A DNA stretch of 64,000 nucleotides. Origin: a virus. Below, one piece after another: positions 39,316-48,991 of this stretch. The stretch spans positions 34,441-98,440 of the IMG/VR virus record IMGVR_UViG_3300047444_000577. One strand, 5' to 3'. The notes beneath the pieces are model-generated. The model saw only the letters and a program-made list of their open reading frames with translations. It was not told the origin of the DNA and searched no databases. Numbering within the stretch: the stretch's first letter is position 1; each line of letters starts with the position of its first letter. Made by a program: the position numbers and the translations under genes.

Positions 39316-39511
39316 CCGCCTCGACATGCTGTTTGAGGATGCGTACCAGGGCGGTTGCCCGTGGAAGGTCAACGACGTGCTGAGGGACTTGCGCAGCGGT
39401 CGTGTCGGCATCGTCCTGGACGTCAATTACATCTATCTGATGATGCGACCGTCCGAGGGTGCGGGCATGCACTGGACCGGAGCGCCCGGCGACTTCGAGA
39501 GGGTGGCTTAG
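39308..39511 (+). CDS. Small SH3-like hypothetical protein, similar to the previous gene
   Basis: GRVGIVL...LMMRPSEGAGMHW. Confidence 0.6.
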   Translation: MPSRLDMLFEDAYQGGCPWKVNDVLRDLRSGRVGIVLDVNYIYLMMRPSEGAGMHWTGAPGDFERVA

Positions 39512-39782
39512 CGTGATCGTCGAACATCGGCTCCCCCGCGCGCGGTCACGGGCAGCATTCTTCCTCGGTGCCCGCCAGGCCCGCCTGGAGCTGGCACAAG
39601 GACTGCACCCGATGCCTTCGGGACTACCCCACCCGATTCTCCTCGGAGTGAGTACGGAGCCCTCCGGTGCTCTCGTATACCCGTTCCCGCAGCGGTACCG
39701 GCCCACAGACTCCCACCCTTTTCGGGATGGGGCGTAAGACTTCACGCCGCAGCGGTGTGGAGAGTCCAACGTTGGAGGACAG

Positions 39783-40013
39783 ATGTCCGAGATCGAGAAC
39801 CTGTACGACCGGCCCATCGCGGGCCCGTTCCAGGCCTTGTGCGGCGGCGGGACGAACGACGGGTCCATGGAGGACTGCCTGGACGTGGCCCCGCTGCAGG
39901 GCGGCGGCTACGCCCTCAAGGACACCAAGCTCGGGGACGCCAGCCCGGTCCTGCGCTTCACCAAGGCCGAGCTGATCGCGGCGGCGCAGAAGCTCGCCGA
40001 CATGCCCGCCTGA
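39783..40013 (+). CDS. DUF397 family protein
   Basis: CGG....EDCLDVA.L.GG.YALKDTK.....LRFT.AE; RBS GGAGG. Confidence 0.8.
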   Translation: MSEIENLYDRPIAGPFQALCGGGTNDGSMEDCLDVAPLQGGGYALKDTKLGDASPVLRFTKAELIAAAQKLADMPA

Positions 40014-40104
40014 TCTGATCCACCGCAAGTAGCGCGGGGTGCCCTCACCACTAATGAGGGCACCCCGCCCCTTGAGGTTACCCGCCGACCCCCGGAGCGT
40101 TCCT

Positions 40105-40995
40105 GTGTCCCTGGCCGTACTGCTAGATGACCCTGACGAGACTCTGCGCGCCTGGCCCAGCAAGCCGACGCTGTACCACCGACACCCGAAGTCCTTCCGT
40201 CCGCTGCTCACGCGGGAGGAGGTGGACGACCTGATTGACAACGACTGCCTGGCCATGCGGAACGTCGCGCTTCTCGCGGAGGGCAAGCCCGTCGACCCGC
40301 GCCGGTATGCAGACGGCGACATGCCCCGGCGGGGCGCGCTGCGGCAGCACCTCGACGAAGGTGGGACTATCTCCCTGCGAGGGCTGGAACGGTTGAAGCC
40401 CTCACTGGCCATCCTGCACCGCGAGGTAGCGCTGGAGACGGGATACCGGACCCACGTGAACGCGTACTACACACCCGCCGGACAGCAGGGGCTGCGGTAC
40501 CACTTCGACCCGTACGTGACGCTGATCCTTCAAATTGCCGGGCAGAAGGCGTGGCCGACACACCGACCGTTCGTCGAGAACCCCGTGCGCGAGTACGACA
40601 GTTACCACCTGATCGGGTTCACCGAGGCGCAGTTACACTTCCTCGCGAACACGCCACCGGCCGAGACGTACACCCTGGAGCCGGGCGATGTGTTCTGGCT
40701 TCCGCGCGGGTACGTCCATGCCCCCTACGCAGTCGGGGATGAGCCCTCTCTGCACATCACCCTCGCACTGAAGGAGAGGACGTGGCAGTGGGTGGCCGCG
40801 CAGCTCGCCGAGGACGTGGTGGCGGAGGCCCTGCGAGACCCTGCTATGCGCGAGGCCATCGCTCCGGCCGTGCTTCTCGGAGATCCCCGAGAGGTCATCC
40901 GCGACGCACGGGACTACCTCGTCGGTGCGCTGCGTGCCCGTGACCCCGAGGAAGCTGCCAAGCGTCTGCGTAGGGTCGCCCTCGAATCGACCTGA
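40105..40995 (+). CDS. JmjC/Cupin_4 (ROXA-like) 2OG-Fe(II) oxygenase
   Basis: NAYYTP...GLRYHFD...LILQIAGQKAW, LEPGDVFWLPRGYVH, SLHIT. Confidence 0.85.
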   Translation: MSLAVLLDDPDETLRAWPSKPTLYHRHPKSFRPLLTREEVDDLIDNDCLAMRNVALLAEGKPVDPRRYADGDMPRRGALRQHLDEGGTISLRGLERLKPSLAILHREVALETGYRTHVNAYYTPAGQQGLRYHFDPYVTLILQIAGQKAWPTHRPFVENPVREYDSYHLIGFTEAQLHFLANTPPAETYTLEPGDVFWLPRGYVHAPYAVGDEPSLHITLALKERTWQWVAAQLAEDVVAEALRDPAMREAIAPAVLLGDPREVIRDARDYLVGALRARDPEEAAKRLRRVALEST

Positions 40996-41049
40996 CGACA
41001 CGGCTCGACTCGCTCACACCACCCGCTCTGAACTGGGAAGCTATCCGCT

Positions 41050-41529
41050 ATGCCGCCGCAGCAACACGCCGATGACATCGACTGGGACGCCTACATGCAG
41101 GGGCCTCCGGCCTCCGGCGTCCACTGGCACGGCTTCCTCTGGAAGGGGGAGGCCGCAAGGATCTTCAGCTTCAAGCACCAGGCGGAGCGCACAGCGGGTA
41201 CGCCGGACTTCGCGGGGTCGAATACGCCCCCGGAGATGACAACGCATCATCTGCTGAAGCCGCATCTCGTCAAGGCTACGTTCACGAATCCGACCGAGGC
41301 AGCCGCTTGGATGCGTCAGCAGTGGGAGGCGGACCCTCCGCTGGAGACGTACAAGAATCCCGACAGTTGCCAGAAGTTCAGCCGACGCATGGCCGAGCTG
41401 GGCAAGGACGTGGTCTGGTCGTGGGACTGGCCGAGGCTGGGTGACAACACAACCGTCCGCGTCTACATGATCACATGTCCGAGTGAGTCGGATCCGGGCA
41501 TCCGCTGTCCGGCTCCACCGAGGCGCTGA
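41050..41529 (+). CDS. Hypothetical protein
   Basis: ORF with HWHGFLW, followed by a hairpin at 41547-41592. Confidence 0.55.
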   Translation: MPPQQHADDIDWDAYMQGPPASGVHWHGFLWKGEAARIFSFKHQAERTAGTPDFAGSNTPPEMTTHHLLKPHLVKATFTNPTEAAAWMRQQWEADPPLETYKNPDSCQKFSRRMAELGKDVVWSWDWPRLGDNTTVRVYMITCPSESDPGIRCPAPPRR

Positions 41530-41600
41530 GCGGACCGCTCAGCAGGAAGCCCCCGACTGTCCGCCATGGAGGACTTGGCAGTCGGGGGCTTCCTCATTGT

Positions 41601-41924
41601 CTACTCGAATTCGATGTCGTACAGCGCTGCGCCGTCCTCGGGACCGTCCTCGCGGTCATCCGCATAGAACCTGTCGAGAACGCCGTGGGCTGCGGACAGA
41701 TCCTTGACTGCTTCGGACGGCGTGAACTCGGTTTGCACTGAGATGCCGTGCTCGTCTGGGTTCGGGTCGATGCTGTGAGTGATGTCGGTGACTCGGAAGG
41801 CGACTCCCTGGAAGTCCAGGGTCTCTCTGATGCGGGGCAGTGGCTGCTGGTTGAGCCGAAGAAAAAAGGTTAGGTTTCGGCCGGGCTCGGCGGGGTTGGT
41901 AACGAAGACGAACACGGGGTTCAC
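41601..41924 (-). CDS. Hypothetical protein
   Basis: GTG coupled to the upstream stop. Confidence 0.5.
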   Translation of the reverse strand: MNPVFVFVTNPAEPGRNLTFFLRLNQQPLPRIRETLDFQGVAFRVTDITHSIDPNPDEHGISVQTEFTPSEAVKDLSAAHGVLDRFYADDREDGPEDGAALYDIEFE

Positions 41925-43033
41925 TTGCGCATGTCCCTTCGGCGGAGTGGGTCGTGGCGCTGGGGGTTGACGGGGACGATCTGGGTGACGGGGTTCTGGC
42001 CGGGCTCCAGCATTTCGCGCTTGGTCCAGTAGGGCTCGACCCATTTGGTGGTGGACTGCTGGCGGCCGGGACCGTAGTGGACGGTCTTGAAATGCCCGGC
42101 CCGGTGCTGCGGACCGTATTCGGCACCGCTGGGGAGGGAGGGGCCGTCCTTCCCCACCAGGGCTCGCTGGCGGTTCTCGTGAAGGGCTGTGCCGACGAAC
42201 CAGCCGACCCTGATCCAGAAGGGGTCGCGGGGCTTGCGGTTCTTGCCGGTCTTCTTCCGGTAGGTGTTGTGGTGCGAGGCTTCGAAGTTCTCCACGTCGC
42301 GGTTGTCGCAGCACAGGTACGTCATGACCGAGAAGATCGGCGCGAGGAGCGGTCCCAGGATTTTCCTGCTCACCGCGAGATCTTGGGCCTCGTCGGGAAC
42401 GCCCTGCCACTCCTCGATGAACTCGATGGCCTCGGCGACGGTGAACTTGCTCCGGCCGGTGGGCAGCGGGAGCAGCATTCTGTTGGGGCCGATCTCCAGC
42501 TCGCCGGTTTCCTCGTTGACGACGTCGTAGAAGACGAGGACGCCGAGGCCTTCGCGCTGCGGGTCGTTGGTGTCGCACAGTGCGGTGCCGACCCAGCCGA
42601 AGACGAACCAGCCGCGTACCCATCCCTGGGTCTTGGACAGTGGGCTCGATACGGGCCAGGGGTCGGGTAGTACGACCATCGGGTTGATGTGGGGAAGCTG
42701 GTCGAAGAGGCTGCCGGGGATGGAGTCCTGCTTGCTGCGGTACAGCGCGGCGGCGAGTTCCTCGTTTATGTCGTAGGCGATGCGTCCGTTGCGCTTCCAC
42801 ATGTCGCAGACCGCGATCTCGCCCATCAGGTCGCCCACCTGCGACAGGGTCTGGCGGTCGAAGCGCACGTGGTCGTCGTAGCTCCACCGGATGGGGATGC
42901 CCCGGCCGAGTGAGTCGATCATGCGGGCGAGCCGGGGATCCCCTGCGAGTTCCTGCCCTGCGTTGGTGAGCGCTTGGACGTGGGCCTCGGCGAGTTTGTG
43001 GGCTCGCTGGCCGCTGCGGATTCTGTCGGGCAT
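41921..43033 (-). CDS. AcrVA2/FinQ-like protein
   Basis: W...RIAYDINEELAAAL...IP..LF..LP, MTYLCCDN and PQHRAGHFKTVHYGPG...KWVEPYW resemble AcrVA2 motifs as I recall them; own TTGACG-18-TACCGT promoter. Confidence 0.55.
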   Translation of the reverse strand: MPDRIRSGQRAHKLAEAHVQALTNAGQELAGDPRLARMIDSLGRGIPIRWSYDDHVRFDRQTLSQVGDLMGEIAVCDMWKRNGRIAYDINEELAAALYRSKQDSIPGSLFDQLPHINPMVVLPDPWPVSSPLSKTQGWVRGWFVFGWVGTALCDTNDPQREGLGVLVFYDVVNEETGELEIGPNRMLLPLPTGRSKFTVAEAIEFIEEWQGVPDEAQDLAVSRKILGPLLAPIFSVMTYLCCDNRDVENFEASHHNTYRKKTGKNRKPRDPFWIRVGWFVGTALHENRQRALVGKDGPSLPSGAEYGPQHRAGHFKTVHYGPGRQQSTTKWVEPYWTKREMLEPGQNPVTQIVPVNPQRHDPLRRRDMRK

Positions 43034-43173
43034 CGCCCCTCCTTCTGGTGAGGAGCATAACGGTAGCCACCCCCACACCTTTTCGTCAAGTTATTCCGCG
43101 TAATTGCTTGACGACTGATAGCTGAAAACCGAGAGCCCCGGCCGTCCAGTGAGGACAGCCGGGGCTCAGAGGG

Positions 43174-43275
43174 TCAGCGGGCCAGCGCTATCCAGACCCA
43201 TCCGACGATCACACAGGTGATCGCGGTAGCGGCACCGACGGTCAGCAGGACCTCAAACCGCTGGTACCACTTCAC
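43174..43275 (-). CDS. 33-aa membrane peptide
   Basis: GTG overlapping the MazG stop; MKWYQRFEVLLTVGAATAITCVIVGWVWIALAR. Confidence 0.45.
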   Translation of the reverse strand: MKWYQRFEVLLTVGAATAITCVIVGWVWIALAR

Positions 43276-43793
43276 AGCCACTCCCCCGTCACGACACCGC
43301 GCATGTCGGCGGGCCGGTAGGTGTCGGGCTTGAGGATCTTCCCGTCACCGCGACGCAGCACCGTACCGTCAGGGCGGACCTTGCTCATGTTCGAGCGGTG
43401 GACCTCGGCGAAGGCCGCCTCCAGCGGGATCTCCAGCAGGTCGGCCGTACCGTAGATCACGTACAGCAGGTCGGCCAACTCCTTGGCCAACTCCTCGTAG
43501 TAGCGCGGGGCCTCGGGAGTGGCCTCGTCCCGTCCCGGCAGGAACGGGCTGGTCGAGGACTCTGCGACCCACGCGTCTACGATCTGCGCCTTGCGGTGGT
43601 CCAGCAGGGCCTCCAGGACCTCCTGGGATTCCTCCGAAATGAGTGCGGAGCGCAGGGAGACCAGGTCGTCCCGCCCGGCCTCGTCACGTTCGATGAAGGG
43701 GGTCTCCCCCACCGCCCGGTGCCACTCGCGCAGCGCCTTCATGGGGTGGTGGGGCTGGGTATGAAGCCGGGTTCTCGGTGTGGCTCGGGACAC
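43272..43793 (-). CDS. MazG-like nucleotide pyrophosphohydrolase
   Basis: LISEESQEV...ELAKELADLLYVIYG...EVHRSNMSK. Confidence 0.85.
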   Translation of the reverse strand: MSRATPRTRLHTQPHHPMKALREWHRAVGETPFIERDEAGRDDLVSLRSALISEESQEVLEALLDHRKAQIVDAWVAESSTSPFLPGRDEATPEAPRYYEELAKELADLLYVIYGTADLLEIPLEAAFAEVHRSNMSKVRPDGTVLRRGDGKILKPDTYRPADMRGVVTGEWL

Positions 43794-43804
43794 TGTCTGG
43801 TTCC

Positions 43805-44350
43805 TCACTTGCTCGCGGGGGTGATGGCGGTACGTACGTGCTCGGGCAGTTCGGAGATGATCTGCTCGCGCAGAGCGTCGGACTCCTTGAAGTTCATGCC
43901 GATGGTGCGCCAGTCGCCGGAGGTCAGCAGCGAGAGGTACGGGCGCTGCTTCCACACCGCCTGGAAGGTCCCGGCCGACCGCAGGCGGGCCAGGTTGCCC
44001 CGGATGCCCGAGCGGCCGTTGTGGTGACCCACCCACAGCCGCCTGCCCGCGTCGTACTCATCGAGGTCGAACATGCCGCTGCTGATCAGGGACCAGGGCG
44101 TCACCTCACCCCGCTCGACCCTGTCGGGGTCGAAGTCAATGTTGTAGTGAACGTGAGCGTCGTTGAGGGAGGTTCCCCGGTAGGACTCGGCGGTGGCGAG
44201 GATGCCCTCCGCCCGGTGCCACATGATGACGTGGTCCTCCTCGACCCCGCCGGTCCGGGAAAACTTCTTCTCGCGGACGACCTCGAAACCGTCCTCCTGG
44301 AACATGGCGACGTAGTCGATGAAGAGCATCCCGTAGCGGGAGTCGGTCAC
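43805..44350 (-). CDS. Hypothetical protein
   Basis: RBS GGAGAG; GC3 bias. Confidence 0.6.
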   Translation of the reverse strand: MTDSRYGMLFIDYVAMFQEDGFEVVREKKFSRTGGVEEDHVIMWHRAEGILATAESYRGTSLNDAHVHYNIDFDPDRVERGEVTPWSLISSGMFDLDEYDAGRRLWVGHHNGRSGIRGNLARLRSAGTFQAVWKQRPYLSLLTSGDWRTIGMNFKESDALREQIISELPEHVRTAITPASK

Positions 44351-44383
44351 TGTCTCTCCGTGGGTTGTGGTGTGCGGGGTGGT

Positions 44384-44872
44384 CTAGGCAGCCTGCAGTT
44401 CCGCGAGGTCCCCGGGATCGACGGCCAGCGGCTGCTTGTTCTCGAAAAGAGTCACGCCGTTCCGGCTGTAGGCCAGGTCGACGAGTTGGGCGCACTGCAG
44501 CCGGTCCTGCCGGGCGATCCGCTCGTTGATCCACGGAATCCAGATCCCGAAGAACCGCAGGCCGAGCGCGACGTCGTCGAGCCAGCCGTAGCCGATGCCC
44601 TTGCCGTTGTTGGCGGTGGTGAACCCCAGCGCCGTCCGCCAGATCTGCTCCCCCACACCCTCGGGGAGCACGGTATGAAGGTTGTAGCGAGCGTTCGGGT
44701 ACTTGCTGATGTGCCCGATCCGCGCCCCGCCGGGCTGCGCCTCGACGATGAAGCCCCGGGGGCCAACGATGAAGGCGTGGTTGTAGCGGGAGAACGTCAG
44801 CAGCCGGATCGCCCATCCGATGAATCCACCGGTCGCGGTGACGCCGTAGGATCCGACCGGCGGGTTACTCAT
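44384..44872 (-). CDS. Permuted papain-like NlpC/YaeF amidase
   Basis: YNHAFIV..IVEA, GYGW and LQCAQLVDLAY (His before Cys). Confidence 0.75.
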   Translation of the reverse strand: MSNPPVGSYGVTATGGFIGWAIRLLTFSRYNHAFIVGPRGFIVEAQPGGARIGHISKYPNARYNLHTVLPEGVGEQIWRTALGFTTANNGKGIGYGWLDDVALGLRFFGIWIPWINERIARQDRLQCAQLVDLAYSRNGVTLFENKQPLAVDPGDLAELQAA

Positions 44873-45110
44873 CCTTCGCCACCGGCTTCTTGTACGCCGG
44901 GACCGCGCCGTGGGAGGAGTACCAGGACATGTAGTCGCCGGGACGTCCGACGCGCCACGAGGGAGAGGTCGGCCAGGGGGTGTAGGGGTATCCCGCGTCG
45001 TCCCGCTCGATGATGGTGGTCACCGTGGTGACGGTCTTGTGGACCTCCTGCCATTCGTCCTTGAACTTCTCGCTGTAGACGACCTCGGTCGTCTCGGTCT
45101 TACGCGACAC
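44865..45110 (-). CDS. Hypothetical protein
   Basis: Coupled ORF with RBS GAGGA. Confidence 0.45.
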   Translation of the reverse strand: MSRKTETTEVVYSEKFKDEWQEVHKTVTTVTTIIERDDAGYPYTPWPTSPSWRVGRPGDYMSWYSSHGAVPAYKKPVAKDE

Positions 45111-45286
45111 TGTCTTCCTCCAGGTTGTACTTGCCGTAGAAGTCGATGCGCAGGCCGTCGACGGTCTCCGCGCGTTCCAGCCAGCGCTTGGCGAAGACCT
45201 CGCGGCTGTAGAAGAAGGTCTTCGCCTTCCAGTTCTCGTGGCCCGCGTCCTTTATCAGGACCCGGACCTTCCAGAGGCTGTTGTCC

Positions 45287-45559
45287 CTACGCGTGCGCAA
45301 CAGGGGTCTCCTGCTCGGTATGAAGCGGCACGACGTTGGAGGGGGCCTCCTCGCTCTGGTGCTCCGGCAGCGGCTGGAAGCGGTCACGCAGCATCAGCGG
45401 CGTGGCGATGTTGACGATGACCCGGTCGAGTGCGGACGCGGAGGCCCTGTCACCGGCTGCGTGTGCGTCGTCCCGGGACCGGAGCAGATGGGTGATCAGA
45501 TCCCTGGCGTGCAGGTAGTCGCCATCGACGTCGTGGATGAGGGTGCGAATGGAAGACAT
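45287..45559 (-). CDS. Hypothetical protein
   Basis: RBS AAGGAG, ATG at 45559. Confidence 0.6.
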   Translation of the reverse strand: MSSIRTLIHDVDGDYLHARDLITHLLRSRDDAHAAGDRASASALDRVIVNIATPLMLRDRFQPLPEHQSEEAPSNVVPLHTEQETPVAHA

Positions 45560-45578
45560 GTGGTTCTCCTTGGGGTGG

Positions 45579-46805
45579 TCAGAGCCAGACGCGGTACTCG
45601 GAGGTAACGCGTCCCTTGTCCGGGTTGATGAAGTGCAGGCGCTGGGAGGGGTCTCCGGTCGCGGCAACGAACTCGTGGGCGTAGATGTTGTCCGACTCCG
45701 GGCTGCCGGTCATGAAGACCGAGCCGCCGTTGGCCAACTGCAACTGCATCGACTGGTGGTAGTGGCCGATGTAGAGGTCACGGAATGCCGGGAGGACGCC
45801 AGAGGCCCACTGGTTGGCCTTGCGCAGGATGCCGTAGGCGGGGATGTTGCCGCCGAACGACTTGATCTCGTCGCCGTGGATCGCCATGGCGGTGTAGTTG
45901 CCGATGGTGAAGTGCTGGTACCAGTCGCCGGAGGTCTGGAAGTCGACCAGGCGCGACTCGTCGGCCAGTCGCTGGCGGACGATGTTGTAGACCATGCGGT
46001 CCACGTTGTCGGACGCCTTGATGCCGTCGCCCTTCTTGCCCAGGCGGCCGTGGTTGCCGTATTCGGCGACGACACGGACCGTCTTGTACATGCCGAGGGC
46101 CTGTCGGATGGTCCAGATCATCAGGTCGGCGACGTCGAACATCTGCTCGTAGAGCGTGCCGTCCAACTCCCAGACCTGGCCCGGGAAGATCCCGACGCCC
46201 TCGACCATGTCCCCGGTGAACAGCAGCACGGCCTCGTCGACAGGGTGGTCGGCCCGCTGGATCTCGGTGATCGCGTGCGCCTTGTCGACGTACTTGCCGA
46301 CCCGGTGGCGCATGATCTGACGGTCGTAGGTCTCGGTGCGCTTACCGCCCTGCCAGTCCGTCATATGCCACAGGGCGACCTCGGGGCTGTTGTTCCGGGA
46401 GACCTTCCACGGCGTGGTGTACTCGGTCTCCCCCACGTAGCGGGCCGCGTCGGTGGCAGCGCGGTAGACGGCGTCGATGTACTCGTCCCCGCGCGCCTTC
46501 GCCTTGCTGTACGCCTTGAACAGCCGCCGGTTGTCCGCCTCCAGGGCCGCGATGCGCTCGGTGGTCTCGTCGGCCACTGCCTCGTCTTCGCCCTGCGCGG
46601 GCTCGGTATGAAGCGACTTGGCTCCGATCGACACCAGGACCGCGCGCTTGTAGCCGTTCTTCGTGCGCCAGCGGCGGACGGACGACTCCGTGGTCTCGAC
46701 GTCGTTGAAGGTCAGGTCGTCGGCGGCCTGCTTGTGCCCCACGTTCGGGTCCATGAGGATCTCCCGAACCCAGTCGATGTCCTCGTTCTCGGCCAGTGTG
46801 CTCAA
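45579..46805 (-). CDS. Calcineurin-like metallophosphoesterase with an N-terminal HTH
   Basis: TDWQGG, GDMVEG, GNHG, HGD and GHYH motifs. Confidence 0.85.
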   Translation of the reverse strand: MSTLAENEDIDWVREILMDPNVGHKQAADDLTFNDVETTESSVRRWRTKNGYKRAVLVSIGAKSLHTEPAQGEDEAVADETTERIAALEADNRRLFKAYSKAKARGDEYIDAVYRAATDAARYVGETEYTTPWKVSRNNSPEVALWHMTDWQGGKRTETYDRQIMRHRVGKYVDKAHAITEIQRADHPVDEAVLLFTGDMVEGVGIFPGQVWELDGTLYEQMFDVADLMIWTIRQALGMYKTVRVVAEYGNHGRLGKKGDGIKASDNVDRMVYNIVRQRLADESRLVDFQTSGDWYQHFTIGNYTAMAIHGDEIKSFGGNIPAYGILRKANQWASGVLPAFRDLYIGHYHQSMQLQLANGGSVFMTGSPESDNIYAHEFVAATGDPSQRLHFINPDKGRVTSEYRVWL

Positions 46806-47021
46806 AGAAGTGCCTTCCGATCCAGGTGCGGCGGTGCCCGGAGGGATTCCCTCCCGACTCGCAGAACCGTATCAGTGTTATCGCTTCGGATCAACATCTG
46901 ACTTCAATAGTCACGAGTCGTCACTTCCGAACTGAGCATCGTCAAACTCCTTGACATACAGGGCCCCGACCTGCTGCCCGTACACTTAGTAGCGGTTCAG
47001 AACCAATATCAAGGAGTCCTC

Positions 47022-47441
47022 ATGAGTTCACTCGGCGGGAACGTTTTCGTTCTCACCTCCGCAGACGTGGCCACCGCGCTGCCGGTACCGGCCAACGCGG
47101 ATCTGGTCGCTGTCTACGTCAACCTCGGTACCGCCGGTAGCACCGCATCGACCGTCCAGGTCAACAAGAACGGTGCGAGCGCGGGAGCGTCGGCCCTGGC
47201 CACCGTGGCGGCCTCCGCCACCAAGGCCAGCCTGGGCATCGTCAACCCGTACGTCGGCGTCAACGCGGCGGCCGGTGCGTGGACCGACCAGTCCGGCACC
47301 CAGTACCCCGGCAGCGCGGGCGGCGTGAACAACGTCTCGCCTCTGGCGTCCTACAGCGCGGGCGACACCATCTCGCTGACCACCGCCCTGGGCACCTCGG
47401 CGGCCAACCCGAACGTGAGCCTGGTCTTCGCGGCTCGCTGA
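47022..47441 (+). CDS. Hypothetical beta-rich protein, possibly a virion decoration protein
   Basis: RBS AAGGAG; very strong codon bias; followed by a terminator hairpin at 47451-47488. Confidence 0.65.
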   Translation: MSSLGGNVFVLTSADVATALPVPANADLVAVYVNLGTAGSTASTVQVNKNGASAGASALATVAASATKASLGIVNPYVGVNAAAGAWTDQSGTQYPGSAGGVNNVSPLASYSAGDTISLTTALGTSAANPNVSLVFAAR

Positions 47442-47510
47442 TCGAACAGAGAAAGACCCCGGCCACTGAGAAGCGGTCGGGGTCTTTCAGTACCCGCAAG
47501 GAGGTACGCA

Positions 47511-47792
47511 GTGATCTGGATGTGCGAGGCCTGCCATGACTTCGTGGAGGCCCACGACGACGTCGAGCTGGCCGTCGAACGACAGCACCACCTGGATACG
47601 GACCACGGTCGCAATGTGCCCCAGGAGGAGCTGGAGGAGGCTGCGAGGGCCGGTCAGGGCACTGTCCTGGACGTCAAGTACCTTGCGTGGGGTATGACCG
47701 CGCTGCTGGCACTGTTCTCCGCACGCTGGCCTGCCCTGGGGGTACTTCTCCCCTTCGCGGCCCTGCTGGCCTACGCGCTGACGAACCGATAG
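47511..47792 (+). CDS. Small membrane protein with an N-terminal C2H2-like motif
   Basis: RBS AAGGAGG; CEAC..HH; two hydrophobic segments. Confidence 0.6.
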   Translation: MIWMCEACHDFVEAHDDVELAVERQHHLDTDHGRNVPQEELEEAARAGQGTVLDVKYLAWGMTALLALFSARWPALGVLLPFAALLAYALTNR

Positions 47793-47887
47793 CCGGGATG
47801 CAGTATGTACCGGCCTGTCACGCAGTACCGGAAAATGCGGGTGGGATAGGTTTAAGGGGAGGACTGCTACCCACCAGTTAGTCCCCG

Positions 47888-47960
47888 CTCCCCGACCTGG
47901 ACTCGAACCAGGAACGCACGGATTAACAATCCGCAGCTCTGCCAATTGAGCTATCAGGGA
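47888..47960 (-). tRNA. tRNA-Asn(GTT)
   Basis: TCCCTGATAGCTCAATTGGCAGAGC..GCGGA-TTGTTAA-TCCGT..GGTTCGAGTCC..TCGGGGAG cloverleaf. Confidence 0.95.
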
Positions 47961-48204
47961 ATACGTACGTCGTGGCCCAGCTCTACTGCTGCGTCGCGGT
48001 GTACGTGGTGAAGAAGTCGGTGGCTCTCCTCGATCAGCGTCATGTGGTCCCGGAGTTCATCACGGAGTTTGCGGACCCATGTCGTGCCGATGAGGAGAGC
48101 CAGGACTGCGGTAATCGCGCTTGCTGCCAGATTCGACATTATCGAGTCGTTGTGAACGAACTGCAGAAGCGTTGTCACCTTGTCCATGCACTGAGTGTAG
48201 ACGG

Positions 48205-48286
48205 TCCCCGAGACGAGATTCGAACTCGCAAGTCTTTCGACGGCGTCGTTTGAGGACGCTGCGTTTACCGTTTTCGCCACTCGGGG
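48205..48286 (-). tRNA. tRNA-Leu(CAA)
   Basis: CCCCGAG/CTCGGGG acceptor stem; GCGTC-CTCAAAC-GACGC anticodon arm; long variable arm; GTTCGAATC T-loop. Confidence 0.9.
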
Positions 48287-48328
48287 AATGCCAGGGAGAT
48301 CAGCGTACCGACCCCCTTTGCGGTATTG

Positions 48329-48982
48329 CTACTTCACGGTGAAGCGGCCGTACGACACGCTACGGCTCCAGGGTGCGTAGAGGCCCACTCCGCGCCCGGG
48401 GCGCTCGGCCTCCAGCCAGGTGTGGCTGTTGACGTAGATGGCGACGTGGTAGACGTAGCCGCTGGAGTCGTGGACGAACACCAGGTCGCCCGGCTTCGGG
48501 CTGCTGACGTGCTGGGCGGCCCTGTACTGGTCGTCAGCGACACGGGGGATCCGCTTGCCGAGGTGGGCGAACACGTACTGGGTGAGTCCACTGCAGTCGA
48601 AGCCGGACCGGCTTTCACCGCCCCAGACATAGCGGATCCCTCGCAAGGTCTCCGCGTAGGCGACGACCTTCGAACCCGAGGTGGGTGCCGGAGTCGGCTT
48701 GGGCTTCGGCTTGGGCTTGGGCTTCGGGGTGGTACCGCTGGACCCGGAAAGCAGAAGGCGCTCCCCGGGGTAAATGCGGTTGGGGTTGAGCAGGTGGTTG
48801 ATGGAAGCCAGGTGCTCCCAGGTGGTGTGGTGGGTGAGCGCGATTCCACTGAGGGTGTCACCGCTCCGGACAGTGGCGTACTGGGACGTGCTGGGTGCGT
48901 GTGCCTGCGCCTCCGCCGCAGGGGCAATCGGAATGACTGCCAGGGCAGCAGCCAGCGTGAGTCCTGCAATCCGCTTGTTCAT
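48329..48982 (-). CDS. Secreted LysM plus NlpC/P60 cell-wall hydrolase
   Basis: Signal peptide; TVRSGDTLSGIA LysM; PK linker; YVWGG...FDCSGL...HVAIY. Confidence 0.92.
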   Translation of the reverse strand: MNKRIAGLTLAAALAVIPIAPAAEAQAHAPSTSQYATVRSGDTLSGIALTHHTTWEHLASINHLLNPNRIYPGERLLLSGSSGTTPKPKPKPKPKPTPAPTSGSKVVAYAETLRGIRYVWGGESRSGFDCSGLTQYVFAHLGKRIPRVADDQYRAAQHVSSPKPGDLVFVHDSSGYVYHVAIYVNSHTWLEAERPGRGVGLYAPWSRSVSYGRFTVK

Positions 48983-48991
48983 GAGAGCACT

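Noticed and set aside
39783-40995. RiPP precursor plus modifying oxygenase
   Set aside because: The small protein matches the DUF397 pattern, and no RiPP protease, transporter or RRE is visible
37002-46959. CCTTGACATAC direct repeat (about 37002 and 46949) as att sites of a nested element
   Set aside because: Only 11 bp and it contains the -35 hexamer TTGACA; better explained as promoter sequence
48205-48286. tRNA-Leu as a bldA equivalent supplying TTA decoding
   Set aside because: The anticodon is CAA (reads TTG), not TAA
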